From: an uncultured Flavobacteriales bacterium | Lineage (GTDB): Bacteria > Bacteroidota > Bacteroidia > Flavobacteriales_D > Crocinitomicaceae | DNA: 64,000 nt | Direction: 5' to 3' | Assembly: GCA_903860985.1 (NCBI GenBank) | Contig: CAIOSO010000149.1 | Span: 236-64,235, forward strand | Shown: positions 20,194 through 30,205 of the stretch, piece after piece | Layout of the letters: every line of letters starts with the position of its first letter | How positions within the stretch are numbered: position 1 is the stretch's first letter | Notes under the pieces: model-generated | What the model saw: only the letters and a program-made list of their open reading frames with translations | Told to the model about the DNA's origin: nothing | The model's database searches: none | Made by a program: the position numbers and the translations under genes

Positions 20194-22839
20194 CTATCCT
20201 TCAATTTCTTTTCGAATACCTTCAATTTCGACTTCTAATTTATCCGTGTCATAATCCGTCTCTTCGTCGTAAATATCAAAATACGGCTCTTCGAAAGACT
20301 TCACAAAAGACTTGCGTTCAAACGTAAGCAACAGAGAAGGAAGGATGATTAAGTTCGTAACCATTCCTACTAATATGGTAATGGAAACCAATAAGCCTAG
20401 TCCCTTTGTTCCACCAAATTGCGAGAAGACAAACATGATAAAGCCAAAGAAAAGAATAACGGATGTATAGAAAATACCTAAACCTGTTTCCCTCAAGGAC
20501 AGTAAAATAGCATGCTGCACATCCCAAGAATGTGAGCGCAATTCTTGGCGGTATTTTGCTAAGAAAAGAATGGCATTATCTACAGTAATCCCTAAGGCAA
20601 TACCAAAAACTAAAATAGTGGATGGCTTCAAGGGGATGTGAAAATACCCCATAATGCCCGCGGTGAATAACAAAGGAATGATATTTGGAATCATGGAAAC
20701 CACGATTATTTTAAACGACCTAAACAAAAAGGCCATTAAAATCGCGATGGAAATAATGGCAAACACCAAACTTTGAAGTAGGTTAACAAACAGGTATTTT
20801 GTTCCTTCAGAAACAACTACAGCCGTTCCAGTAAAGGTAGAAACATAATATTCTTGGTCAATAGCCAAGCGCAGAACCTTTTTAAAATTTGGTTTACTTA
20901 AATATGGACGCAGGTTTTCTGGGTCAAGATCGAAGGACATCTGAACACTGTTATTTCCTTTCGAAAGCAAGGCAGTTACATTGTTATAGATACTTGAATA
21001 ATTGTAAACCAAGGAATCAGCTGCACTTTTATTTCCCTTGATGTATTTGGTATACAAGCGTTCAAAATCCTTCTTATCTGGATTCAAGATGCTATCAACC
21101 TTGATGCGTAATAAATCAACTTTATCTGATACTTTGTACGATCCTAGTTCGCGCATCTGCATGCGAATTCGCAAGGTAGTTTTGTTGGTGTCGATGAGGT
21201 TTTTCAAGGAAATATTCCCTCCATTCAAGCTGCTCACATCGAATTTATCGAAATAACGTTTCAATCGTAGTTTATCTCTATTGGATATCAAACGGTAAAA
21301 TTCCGGGTTGTTTCCATGGTAGCTCATATTTATGGACTTCAAGAAGTCCACATAGGAAAGGCTTTTTGAGAACAAGGTGTCTTGCGCAAAGGTTTCTTGA
21401 ATCTCTTCTACTTTTTCTAATGTTTTTTGCGAAAACAACCGAGCCTTTTGTTTGTAATCCACGGTTACTTCAAATGGAATAGAGCCCCCAAAATTTTTCT
21501 CTATGAATTTCAAATCGATGAGTATTTGATCGTCATCTGGAATATCCCCAGTAATATTTCCGGTAGCAATAATCTTGGTCATTCCATAAAGTCCAATAAC
21601 AACGAGCGCTATGGAAGAAACGTAAACCCAGCTGCGGTATTTGGTGACAATAATAATCACATACTCTAAAAACCCCTTTGAGTAAACACGGAATAAATGC
21701 TTTAAGTGTCTCGGTTTTGGTGGGTTCGAGTAAGAAGCCATAATTGGGATAATGCACAACGAAAGAACAAATACCACCATGATATTGATGCTAGAAATAA
21801 TCCCGAATTGCGCTAATTTTTCTGAACTCGTAAAGGTCACGAATCCTACCGCTGTGGTCAAATTGGTTAGGAATGTCACAGAACCAATGCGACGTATCAT
21901 GATGTACAAGGCTTTCGTCTTGATGTTCGTCCGGACAAATTCCTGGTGATACCGGGTAATTAAAAAGACACAGTTTGGAACGCCGATAACAATTAATAAC
22001 GGCGGAATCAGCGCCATCATAATAGATAATTTATACCCAAACAAGGCAATGCTGCCAAGCGCCCAAATCACCGATACGAATACAACAATGTTACATTGTA
22101 TGACCACTCGGAAGGAGCGGAAAAACAAATACAAAAGAAGCGAAGAGGCGATAATGGATAATGCAAGGAAAATATACATTTCGCTGACAATTCTCTTACC
22201 CATTACCACGCGAATGTGTGGGAGTCCGGCGAAGTATGTTTTACCAAAATAGGGTGAATAGGATTCGGCTAACTTTTCAATCTCGAAGACAACTTTTGAT
22301 TTCTTCGGATTGGAAAGGCACTTTTCATTCATGCTAATGAGTAACAATGAAACGTTGGTTGAATCATTGTAAAGCATCCCTTTGTAAATGGGATTGTGTC
22401 TGATCTCTTTTTTCAGGGAATCAATGCTTTTTTCTTGAAACGCCGTTTTTGGATCTCCGAAAATCTGATAAGGATCAAACTTTTGTTCTTTCAGGTTGTT
22501 TTTTAAACCCCAAAGTGTGGCCTCTGAAATGACATTCTCAACACCGTCGTACTTTAGAATTTTGTATGATAACTCTCTCCATTTGGTGAAGTTGCGTTTC
22601 GTGTAAAGAGAATCTGTTTGAATTGCAACAACAATCGTTGAGCCATCCTCTCCAAATTCTAGCTTGAATTTTTCGAAGTCCTTTTGCACCGGACTATCCT
22701 TAGGAAGCGTATTTCCAACGCGGTTATCAACCTTTAACGAAGTAAAGGCAAAGTAGCCGAAAAATACAGTCAACAAAGCAATAATTGCTAAGATGTATAA
22801 TCGATTCCTTAAAATGATGCTCGCAAATTTACCCCACAT
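20194..22839 (-). CDS. RND-superfamily exporter (MMPL / HpnN-like, 12 TM, two large periplasmic loops)
   Basis: 881 aa with two blocks of ~6 TM helices separated by soluble loops. Sequence is typical of 'predicted exporter of the RND superfamily'. Confidence 0.8.
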   Translation of the reverse strand: MWGKFASIILRNRLYILAIIALLTVFFGYFAFTSLKVDNRVGNTLPKDSPVQKDFEKFKLEFGEDGSTIVVAIQTDSLYTKRNFTKWRELSYKILKYDGVENVISEATLWGLKNNLKEQKFDPYQIFGDPKTAFQEKSIDSLKKEIRHNPIYKGMLYNDSTNVSLLLISMNEKCLSNPKKSKVVFEIEKLAESYSPYFGKTYFAGLPHIRVVMGKRIVSEMYIFLALSIIASSLLLYLFFRSFRVVIQCNIVVFVSVIWALGSIALFGYKLSIMMALIPPLLIVIGVPNCVFLITRYHQEFVRTNIKTKALYIMIRRIGSVTFLTNLTTAVGFVTFTSSEKLAQFGIISSINIMVVFVLSLCIIPIMASYSNPPKPRHLKHLFRVYSKGFLEYVIIIVTKYRSWVYVSSIALVVIGLYGMTKIIATGNITGDIPDDDQILIDLKFIEKNFGGSIPFEVTVDYKQKARLFSQKTLEKVEEIQETFAQDTLFSKSLSYVDFLKSINMSYHGNNPEFYRLISNRDKLRLKRYFDKFDVSSLNGGNISLKNLIDTNKTTLRIRMQMRELGSYKVSDKVDLLRIKVDSILNPDKKDFERLYTKYIKGNKSAADSLVYNYSSIYNNVTALLSKGNNSVQMSFDLDPENLRPYLSKPNFKKVLRLAIDQEYYVSTFTGTAVVVSEGTKYLFVNLLQSLVFAIISIAILMAFLFRSFKIIVVSMIPNIIPLLFTAGIMGYFHIPLKPSTILVFGIALGITVDNAILFLAKYRQELRSHSWDVQHAILLSLRETGLGIFYTSVILFFGFIMFVFSQFGGTKGLGLLVSITILVGMVTNLIILPSLLLTFERKSFVKSFEEPYFDIYDEETDYDTDKLEVEIEGIRKEIEG

Positions 22840-22977
22840 AGATAGTTCCCATAAAAATCAAGGGGTGAAGTTAAGAAATATTTAGGAGAAACGGAGAAAA
22901 CCATCCCTTGAGGGCGCCGAAATAACACTAAACGGCAAACCAAAGAGTTACAAAAGTGTTATCCTTGTATCTTAACT

Positions 22978-23622
22978 TTGAACCAGAACCAAGTGAGTAA
23001 AGACCTATTTAGTGATTTAATGATCGGACCAAAGCACTTTGAAAAACACCTCATAGAGGATGGAGAATATTGGTTCATGCCGAATTTTTTAGGCGCGGAT
23101 CAAGCAATACTGCAGGAGTCGTTGTTGATCAACACCATTGAATGGAAACAAGAAGAAGTCTTCGTTTTCGGCAAAAAATACCAGGAGCCTAGAAAAACAG
23201 CTTGGTATGGAGATGAAAACTGTGTGTATTCTTACGCCGGAAAAACGAATCACCCACTACCATGGACCGAGGCATTGTTCCAATTAAAAACCGACATTGA
23301 ATCACTCGTTCCGGGCGCCAGTTTTAATAGTGCGCTATTAAATCAATACCGAGACGGAAATGACAAAATGGGCTGGCATTCGGACAATGAAAAAGAACTC
23401 GGAAAGAATCCCATCATCGCTTCCTTGAGCCTTGGCGCAACGCGTTTTTTCGACTTAAAACATAAGCGAATAAAGTCGCTCAAAAAACGCTTGGAACTTC
23501 CTGCGGGTTCACTTTTAATCATGTGCGGTTCCACGCAAGAAAACTGGCTGCATCAAATTCCCAAGCAGAAAAAAGTAACCTTGCCGAGAATCAATTTGAC
23601 ATTTAGAAAAATCGTTTCATAA
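22978..23622 (+). CDS. alkB: Fe(II)/2-oxoglutarate-dependent dioxygenase AlkB (DNA/RNA oxidative demethylase)
   Basis: NQYRDGNDKMGWHSDNE...LHQIP...RINLTFR motifs. The start is uncertain: TTG 22978, GTG 22993 or ATG 23020. Confidence 0.85.
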   Translation: MNQNQVSKDLFSDLMIGPKHFEKHLIEDGEYWFMPNFLGADQAILQESLLINTIEWKQEEVFVFGKKYQEPRKTAWYGDENCVYSYAGKTNHPLPWTEALFQLKTDIESLVPGASFNSALLNQYRDGNDKMGWHSDNEKELGKNPIIASLSLGATRFFDLKHKRIKSLKKRLELPAGSLLIMCGSTQENWLHQIPKQKKVTLPRINLTFRKIVS

Positions 23623-23628
23623 ACTGAA

Positions 23629-23660
23629 AAATCCCAAACAACCGAGGTCGCTTGGGATTT
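23629..23660 (+). terminator. Possible terminator hairpin after alkB
   Basis: 9-bp inverted repeat AAATCCCAA/TTGGGATTT with a 14-nt loop. Only a weak T tract follows. Confidence 0.35.
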
Positions 23661-23701
23661 AACTTTCTCGTGAAAGGTGGAAGCCCATTCACAAGGTTTT
23701 C

Positions 23702-23735
23702 AAAAACAAAAAACCCTGACGTTGAAGTCAGGGTT
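23702..23735 (-). terminator. Rho-independent terminator of the tRNA-Gly/tRNA-Leu unit
   Basis: AACCCTGAC/GTCAGGGTT 9-bp stem (23712-23735), followed in minus sense by TTTTTGTTTTT (plus-strand A-run 23702-23711). Confidence 0.8.
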
Positions 23736-23738
23736 TTG

Positions 23739-23822
23739 TACTCGAGGCGGGACTTGAACCCGCACGCCCAAAAGAGCACAGGATTTTAAGTCCGGCGTGT
23801 CTACCGATTCCACCACTCGAGC
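23739..23822 (-). tRNA. tRNA-Leu (anticodon UAA), type II with long variable arm
   Basis: Reverse complement is GCTCGAGTGGTGGAATCGGTAGACACGCCGGACTTAAAATCCTGTGCTCTTTTGGGCGTGCGGGTTCAAGTCCCGCCTCGAGTA. Cloverleaf folded by hand. CCA is not encoded. It has a G1-U72 wobble and a C28-U42 mismatch. Confidence 0.9.
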
Positions 23823-23829
23823 ATAGACG

Positions 23830-23902
<73 letters not shown>

Positions 23903-23971
23903 TTATGTATTCCTAGAAAACCGCTGTTTTCTTCCTCTGCTGAAATCATTTCTGATACCTGCTTGGGGTGG

Positions 23972-23979
23972 CAAATTTA
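23972..23979 (-). promoter_or_regulatory. Candidate promoter of the tRNA unit (-7 box TAAATTTG with an upstream TTG)
   Basis: Exact TAnnTTTG on the minus strand, with a TTG 18 nt upstream, about 70 nt before the tRNA-Gly 5' end. Confidence 0.4.
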
Positions 23980-24024
23980 AAGATTTTTTTCGTCTTACAA
24001 AACACTTATTAAAAAAAGAGCAGA

Positions 24025-24732
24025 TTAGAGCTCCTTTCCACGAAAGAAATAAAACAACCAAGTGAGCGGAAGCAACAGGTCGTAATTGTAATATAAATCT
24101 TCGAACGGAATGGTTCCCATACGCCACCCAATGATGTGCTGTTCTGAATACCAGACAATAGCTTGATCAGTAATGGCCCCGGTTAAAATGCCATTGACGA
24201 TAAAAAAAGGAAGTAAACAGACCATGTAGGCTAATACAAAATCACCAAACCACGACTTCTTGTAAGCAAACAACGTGAGAATAAATGACATTACTGCAGC
24301 GGAGATCGTGTAGTAATTATAGTTGTCGAGCGCGGAAAAAAACAATTGACCCCCACCGTAAAATAGCACCATCAACAGGGAACTAATTCCCATCGTCCAG
24401 GTGAAAATACGTTTGACCATTTCCGTTTTTCGAATTGGAAAATATGCTTGAAGGACCAGCAGGATGAAGATGAAATTGTAAGGAACAACCAAGAAAAATA
24501 GCACTTCCTCCAGCGGAAGGTGGCCCAGATAAACCCCAAATAAATAACGTGGATTAAACCCCCAAACACCCATTCGTGAAAAGCCTTCATCCCAAAATAG
24601 AAAACCAATTCCAACGATAAGAATACTTGGAATGAGGTACCGCCAAACTTTGTAAAAAGCGACCTTTTGATCAAAACTTAGGGCAAGTGGACCAATGAAC
24701 GAACAAAGAATAACCCAGCCGTATGTACTCAT
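24025..24732 (-). CDS. crtY: Lycopene cyclase, fused heterodimeric (CrtYc/CrtYd-type) lycopene-cyclase-domain protein
   Basis: 235-aa polytopic membrane protein with two internal repeats typical of the lycopene cyclase domain. Its ATG shares one nt with the crtZ stop (TGATG). Confidence 0.7.
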   Translation of the reverse strand: MSTYGWVILCSFIGPLALSFDQKVAFYKVWRYLIPSILIVGIGFLFWDEGFSRMGVWGFNPRYLFGVYLGHLPLEEVLFFLVVPYNFIFILLVLQAYFPIRKTEMVKRIFTWTMGISSLLMVLFYGGGQLFFSALDNYNYYTISAAVMSFILTLFAYKKSWFGDFVLAYMVCLLPFFIVNGILTGAITDQAIVWYSEQHIIGWRMGTIPFEDLYYNYDLLLPLTWLFYFFRGKEL

Positions 24733-25208
24733 CAGTTTCCTTTTTTACGGTAAAATGCAGTACGTGCGTCCTGATAAAATTTTGGAGACACGAACAACAT
24801 CCCAAAACTTTCACTGTGTTCTTTACCTAAATGCTTGTGGTGGACTTTGTGCGCTTTACGAATGGCATAAAAGTATGGATGATCAATGTCTCTCAACCAT
24901 TTAAAGCGTCGGTGGATGTACACATCGTGGATTAAAAAGTAACTCAATCCATAAGCAGCGATTCCGTAACCAATCCAAACAGGCACATAGGCGTCATTCA
25001 TCATTCCTAACATAATGCATAACCAAGAAGGAATGGCATAAATCAAAAAGAACACGTCATTTCGCTCGAAGAACCCAGGTTCTTCCTGATGATGATCCTT
25101 GTGGAAGTACCACATGAATCCATGCATGACAAACTTGTGCGTTGCCCACGCCATGAACTCCATTCCCATGAAACTAGCGAATAATACAAAGGGTCCCCAC
25201 CAATACAT
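24732..25208 (-). CDS. crtZ: Beta-carotene hydroxylase (fatty-acid hydroxylase superfamily)
   Basis: Histidine boxes HKFVMHG, HKDHH, HDVYIHRRF and HKVHHKH. The start is set at ATG 25208 (MYWWGPF...), 2 nt after the upstream gene's stop, which gives the usual ~158 aa. Confidence 0.85.
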   Translation of the reverse strand: MYWWGPFVLFASFMGMEFMAWATHKFVMHGFMWYFHKDHHQEEPGFFERNDVFFLIYAIPSWLCIMLGMMNDAYVPVWIGYGIAAYGLSYFLIHDVYIHRRFKWLRDIDHPYFYAIRKAHKVHHKHLGKEHSESFGMLFVSPKFYQDARTAFYRKKGN

Positions 25209-25210
25209 GA

Positions 25211-25828
25211 CTACAACATTAAAAGGGTAAAAAAGATAAACATCATTAAAAACAAGGATTCTGCTACTTTGTTCACTTCTGGTAATTTCATGCGCTGATA
25301 AGTCCACTGCAAGAAGTATGAAACGCCCAACCAACAAACAAAATTATACACCGGAATCTCACCATTGCTCCAATGCCAATAATCTAATTTCATGGCAACA
25401 GGCTCCAAAATGTAATCAAACAAAACCATGAGCACAGCAGAAATGAACGCCTCCAAATGCTTATTCAACTCAAAGCGATGAACCACAGCAGAGGACGCAA
25501 CGGACAGAATTCCCCAGTTCGCGCCGATTATCAACGGCACCCCGTACCATTTTAAACCTAAGTTATTTCCGTAATAGTAGTGGCCAAATAAATAGGAGGT
25601 GTGTACACCGATTAGTTCAACTGCTACGCCAACTACAAAGGCGATCCCCAAAAACAAGAGGAAACTAAGCTGCTTGGATTTTCTGCTGAAAATGATTCCA
25701 AGAAAAGAGATGAAGAGATTTAACGCCGATAATTGAACAAACCACCCTCTCGTGGACGGCACGAGCATACCCACCGCACCAACGAGGTATAAAATCAATA
25801 ATATTATGCGGATCCAACGCTCACTCAT
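25211..25828 (-). CDS. Carotenoid biosynthesis membrane protein (PF04240/DUF422-like, possibly CruF-type carotenoid 1',2'-hydratase)
   Basis: 205-aa 6-7 TM protein positioned between the SDR gene and crtZ with overlapping or abutting codons. Family assignment is from memory of flavobacterial crt clusters. Confidence 0.55.
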   Translation of the reverse strand: MSERWIRIILLILYLVGAVGMLVPSTRGWFVQLSALNLFISFLGIIFSRKSKQLSFLLFLGIAFVVGVAVELIGVHTSYLFGHYYYGNNLGLKWYGVPLIIGANWGILSVASSAVVHRFELNKHLEAFISAVLMVLFDYILEPVAMKLDYWHWSNGEIPVYNFVCWLGVSYFLQWTYQRMKLPEVNKVAESLFLMMFIFFTLLML

Positions 25829-26847
25829 AAAAGCCCATTTTTAGTAATCAATCTGCTTCCCTGGATGACATTGCTAATGGTTTCATCCAGTGTGTAAAAA
25901 CTGTGAGGAATGGTTTTATCTAATTTTTCGCGGGTATAGCGAATGGATTTATATCCCGAATGAACAGACTCAATACTCACTCCTGCTCTTTTGCCCGTTA
26001 CATGTCCTAGTAACTCATTGATTAATGCATAAAACAAGGCAACGAACTTAGGCGCAGTGAATTTGGGCGCTTTTTTACCGAGTGACTCACAAAGCGCGGA
26101 AAATAATGTGTGAAAACGCAGGTTCGGACCTACGCATAAAAAGCGGTCGCTGGAAACGGGAGATTCCATTAACTGAATCATGATGTTTACGACGTCTCTC
26201 ACGTCCACAATTGCATTTGCGCCAGGCGGATAAAAAGGCATTCCTTTTTTAGCGGCTTTGAAAATCGCTAGGGAACTGCTATTCCAGTCTCCTGGACCAA
26301 AAATCACACAGGGATTAATCATCACGGCGTTCAATCCCTCCTCTATGCCTCGCCAAACTTCTTTCTCCGCTAAAAACTTGGAAATAGAATAACCGCTTAC
26401 TTCATTCCCTGGTTCCCATTTCTTTTGTTCACTTGTGTCTCCATTCGTGTTCACTCCAATTGCCGCCGTTGAACTCACGTAACACATTTTTTTTATCTGA
26501 TGCTTCAATGAATAATTGACCACATTAGCTGTTGCTACACGGTTGTTTTTAATGCAGGATTCGAAATCTGCTTTGAAAAAGGAAACCAAAGCTGCACAAT
26601 GGTAAACAAAGTCGACGTTATTCATGGCTTCGTCCACCTCCATGAGGTTCATCAAATCGCAGGACATCCATTGAATGCTGCCCCATCTATCTGCGGATTC
26701 TTCGGGGAAATAGTAGAAATAGAGTGCTTTTACATCCTTGATTTTATGTTCGTTTCGGTACAATGCTCGGCAGGAATACCCTTGCTGTGTCAGTTGAATC
26801 AACAAATGACTTCCCAATAAACCCGTTGCACCTGTAACTAAAATCAT
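25825..26847 (-). CDS. NAD(P)-dependent epimerase/dehydratase family SDR (3-beta-HSD-like)
   Basis: MILVTGATGLLGSHL Rossmann motif and YSISK catalytic motif. 4-nt overlap (ATGA) with the downstream carotenoid gene. Confidence 0.8.
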   Translation of the reverse strand: MILVTGATGLLGSHLLIQLTQQGYSCRALYRNEHKIKDVKALYFYYFPEESADRWGSIQWMSCDLMNLMEVDEAMNNVDFVYHCAALVSFFKADFESCIKNNRVATANVVNYSLKHQIKKMCYVSSTAAIGVNTNGDTSEQKKWEPGNEVSGYSISKFLAEKEVWRGIEEGLNAVMINPCVIFGPGDWNSSSLAIFKAAKKGMPFYPPGANAIVDVRDVVNIMIQLMESPVSSDRFLCVGPNLRFHTLFSALCESLGKKAPKFTAPKFVALFYALINELLGHVTGKRAGVSIESVHSGYKSIRYTREKLDKTIPHSFYTLDETISNVIQGSRLITKNGLL

Positions 26848-26873
26848 ATGGCAAAGCTAGGTATTAAACTCCT

Positions 26874-28181
26874 TTATTGGTAAATGGCTGTCAATCCCTC
26901 TTTAATTTGTTCTGCTGCGAAGGATAATTGCTCGGGGCTATGTGCGCTCGAAACAAATCCAACTTCATATCCACTCGGACCAAAATACACGCCTCTATTT
27001 AAAAGAAAATGGTGAAGCTTATTAAAAGAAGTCATGTCCGCATCAATTTGGTCTGCGGCAGCAATGCGTTTTTTCCCATTGAAAGAAAACCAAAAGATGG
27101 AGCCAATGCTAACTAATTCAACCGGTAATTCATGCGTGTTGGCGTAGTTGTTGATGTCATCAACAAAGGTTGTCGTTTTCTTTTCTAGATTTTCGTAGAA
27201 ATTTTCTTGTGCGCAAAGAGACAATTGTGCAATTCCAGCAGCCATCGCCACCGGATTTCCAGATAAAGTCCCCGCTTGATAAACAGGACCGTCAGGTGAA
27301 ACAAAAGACATAATTTCCCGCTTTGCCCCGTATGCTCCAACAGGAAGTCCTCCACCCATGATTTTCCCATAGGTAACGATGTCCGGAGTAATTTTGTAAT
27401 ATTCAGCTGCACCACCGAAAGACACACGGAATCCAGAGATGACCTCATCAAAAATCAATAGAATGCCATATTCTGTGCACAAAGCACGCAGCGCAGTCAA
27501 AAAACTTAAGTCTTGTAAAAGTAATCCGTTATTTGCGGGAATCGGTTCAATGATTACACACGCAATTTCGTTGGAAAGCGTTTCGAAACAAGAAGTTAGC
27601 GCGCCCAAATCATTCAATGGTAGGACAATCGTTTCATTGGCAAAAGCTTCGGGGACTCCAGCGCTCGATGAGGTTCCAAATGTCACTAGTCCACTTCCTG
27701 CTTTTACCAAAAGTGCGTCTACGTGTCCGTGGTAGCACCCATCGAATTTCACGATTTTCGTTTTGTTCGTATATCCCCGGGCTAATCGTATAGCAGACAT
27801 AACTGCTTCCGTTCCTGAACTGAGGAAGCGCAGCTTATCTATAAATGGAATGCGATCCAAAATGAATTTTGCTAATTCGCTTTCTTTTCGTGTTGGCGCC
27901 CCAAAACTTGCTCCGTTTTGCAAGGTATCAACGACAGATTGAAAGATGTGTGGGTGATGGTGTCCATTTATTAAAGGCCCCCAACTGCCACAAAAATCTA
28001 AAAACCGATTCCCATCTTCATCCCAAATTTCCGCGCCATCTCCTTTAGCGATAAACAAAGGCGTTCCCCCAACGGACTTAAATGCTCGTACGGGAGAATT
28101 TACGCCACCCGGAAAATAAGTTTGAGATTCTTGAAAAAGTTTTTCAGATGTGCTTCGATTGATGGAATGTTCGATCTTCAT
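26874..28181 (-). CDS. hemL: Glutamate-1-semialdehyde 2,1-aminomutase
   Basis: 435 aa. YFPGGVNSPVRAF...LIFDEVISGFR...YGKIMGGGLP motifs. Confidence 0.96.
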   Translation of the reverse strand: MKIEHSINRSTSEKLFQESQTYFPGGVNSPVRAFKSVGGTPLFIAKGDGAEIWDEDGNRFLDFCGSWGPLINGHHHPHIFQSVVDTLQNGASFGAPTRKESELAKFILDRIPFIDKLRFLSSGTEAVMSAIRLARGYTNKTKIVKFDGCYHGHVDALLVKAGSGLVTFGTSSSAGVPEAFANETIVLPLNDLGALTSCFETLSNEIACVIIEPIPANNGLLLQDLSFLTALRALCTEYGILLIFDEVISGFRVSFGGAAEYYKITPDIVTYGKIMGGGLPVGAYGAKREIMSFVSPDGPVYQAGTLSGNPVAMAAGIAQLSLCAQENFYENLEKKTTTFVDDINNYANTHELPVELVSIGSIFWFSFNGKKRIAAADQIDADMTSFNKLHHFLLNRGVYFGPSGYEVGFVSSAHSPEQLSFAAEQIKEGLTAIYQ

Positions 28182-28223
28182 TTCTTGCGTATATTTGTCG
28201 TGCTACAAAAGTAACAATAAAGG

Positions 28224-29504
28224 ATGGATAAGGTTTTTGAGAACAACTTGGAATTTGCACAAAAGATGGATCAACAAGACCCCCTTCATGGTTTCCGTGA
28301 TGAATTTTTGTTCCCTACTTTTCAAAGTAAAAATCCCATATATTTCACGGGGAACTCCCTTGGACTACAACCGAAGAAGGCTGCGCAGTATTTGCAAGAA
28401 GAATTGGCAGATTGGGCAAAATTCGGTGTGGAAGGCCACTTTTTGTCGAGACGACCTTGGTTTTCGTACCATGAACAATTAACGGACATGGCGGCAAAAG
28501 TTGTTGGCGCATTGCCAATTGAGGTAGTTGTCACACATTCCTTGACAACGAATTTGCATTTGCTGATGGCAAGTTTTTATCGTCCAAAAGGAAAAAGAAC
28601 TAAAATACTTTGTGAAGCAAAAGCTTTTCCAAGTGATCAATATGCCTTAGAATCTCAACTAAAAATGCATGGACTCGGAATGGATCACCTCGTTGAAGTT
28701 TTTCCACGCGAAGGGGAACAATTGATTCATGAGGACGACATTTGCGCTAAAATTCTTGAGCTTGGCGATGAATTGGCGGTAGTAATGATTGGTGGAGTCA
28801 ATTATTACACCGGACAATATTTTGATTTAGCACGAATTACAGATGCTGGACATCAAGTTGGTGCGTATGTTGGATTTGATTTAGCACATGCCGCTGGAAA
28901 CATCAATCTTCAATTACACGATTGGAATGTAGACTTTGCTGCTTGGTGCGGATATAAATACCTAAACTCATCCCCAGGAGGTGTTTCGGGAATGTTTGTT
29001 CATGAGAAACATGCTTATAACAAAGAACTTCCTCGTTTTGCGGGGTGGTGGGGACACAATAAAGAAGAACGGTTTTTAATGAAACCTGGATTTGATCCAC
29101 TTCCTGGCGCTGAAGGATGGCAGTTGAGTAATGCTCCAGTAATGGGAATGGCGGTGCATTTAGCATCTTTAGAGTTGTTTGATGATGCAGGAATGGATCA
29201 AATTGGTGCGAAAAGAGATCAAATGACTGCATACTTAGCGTTTGTCATTCAGGAAATATCCGATCGTAATTCAGAGAAATGCACCTTTGAAATCATCACG
29301 CCAAGTGAAATTCACCGAAGGGGTGCGCAATTATCGATTATGGCCCTTGGACAAGGACGCAAACTTTTTGATGCATTGTCAGACTTAGGAGTCATTGCAG
29401 ATTGGCGCGAACCGAATGTTATCCGCGTAGCACCAGCACCCTTATATAATTCTTACGAGGATTGCTATTGGTTTGGTGTGCATTTAGAAAATGCTATTCA
29501 ATAA
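28224..29504 (+). CDS. kynU: Kynureninase
   Basis: 426 aa. LDQQDPLHGFRDEF...IYFTGNSLGLQPK...CGYKYLNSSPGG (PLP-lysine region). Confidence 0.92.
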   Translation: MDKVFENNLEFAQKMDQQDPLHGFRDEFLFPTFQSKNPIYFTGNSLGLQPKKAAQYLQEELADWAKFGVEGHFLSRRPWFSYHEQLTDMAAKVVGALPIEVVVTHSLTTNLHLLMASFYRPKGKRTKILCEAKAFPSDQYALESQLKMHGLGMDHLVEVFPREGEQLIHEDDICAKILELGDELAVVMIGGVNYYTGQYFDLARITDAGHQVGAYVGFDLAHAAGNINLQLHDWNVDFAAWCGYKYLNSSPGGVSGMFVHEKHAYNKELPRFAGWWGHNKEERFLMKPGFDPLPGAEGWQLSNAPVMGMAVHLASLELFDDAGMDQIGAKRDQMTAYLAFVIQEISDRNSEKCTFEIITPSEIHRRGAQLSIMALGQGRKLFDALSDLGVIADWREPNVIRVAPAPLYNSYEDCYWFGVHLENAIQ

Positions 29505-30069
29505 GAACACTGCAAATCACCGATTCGATGACGATTGGAAAATGTTTCATCTCCAATTTTCGCACCTCAGCTTCGATAAGTTCAGGAGAGTCTGGCTTAG
29601 TCAAGGCAACAGCAAATTGAGCCAAAACCTTTCCTTTATCAAATTCTTCGTTGACCAGGTGAATGGTAATGCCCGAGAAATGCATATTCGATGCAGCCAC
29701 GGCTTTGTGAACATGGGCTCCATACATGCCCTTTCCCCCAAAGTTTGGCAGCAAAGCAGGATGTATGTTAATCATCCGATTGGGATAGAGGTGAACAAGA
29801 TCAGCAGGAACCTTTTTTAGAAATCCAGCAAGAATGACCCAGTCGATTTGATTTGCCTTGCAGATACGTAAATAGTCTTCCAAAACTAGCCTTGCAGAAC
29901 TTTCAAATACGATTTGTTGTGCTTTACAATGTGCTTTCATTTCTGGATTTTCCGTTGAAGAAAGGACAAGCGCCACACAAATATTCCCGTGATTTTGGAA
30001 AAATTGCATGATATTTCGGGCATTACTGCCTTTCCCGGAAATAAATAGTGCGATTCGTTGATGTTTCAT
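29494..30069 (-). CDS. purN: Phosphoribosylglycinamide formyltransferase
   Basis: MKHQRIALFISGKGSNARNI...NIHPALLP...HLV.EE.D.G motifs. The ATG at 30069 is preferred to 30090. Confidence 0.92.
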   Translation of the reverse strand: MKHQRIALFISGKGSNARNIMQFFQNHGNICVALVLSSTENPEMKAHCKAQQIVFESSARLVLEDYLRICKANQIDWVILAGFLKKVPADLVHLYPNRMINIHPALLPNFGGKGMYGAHVHKAVAASNMHFSGITIHLVNEEFDKGKVLAQFAVALTKPDSPELIEAEVRKLEMKHFPIVIESVICSVLIE

Positions 30070-30205
30070 TCTAAGCGCAAAGTTAAACATCTGTTGGGAT
30101 TCACGTGTAATGAAGACTTTTAAGTTGATAAATATTACTGATTTAGTTTTGTTAATTGGATGTTTGTTTTTTTCTTTGCAGCTGAAACCTTTAAATTAAG
30201 AAAAG

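Noticed and set aside
25209-25337. Long N-terminal extension of crtZ (ORF start at 25337)
   Set aside because: It would overlap the 3' end of the upstream membrane-protein gene by 127 nt. ATG 25208, right after that gene's stop, gives the normal CrtZ length.
28150-28482. 110-aa ORF spanning the hemL-kynU junction
   Set aside because: It overlaps the hemL start on the opposite strand and the kynU N-terminus out of frame. Both neighbours are strongly conserved enzymes.
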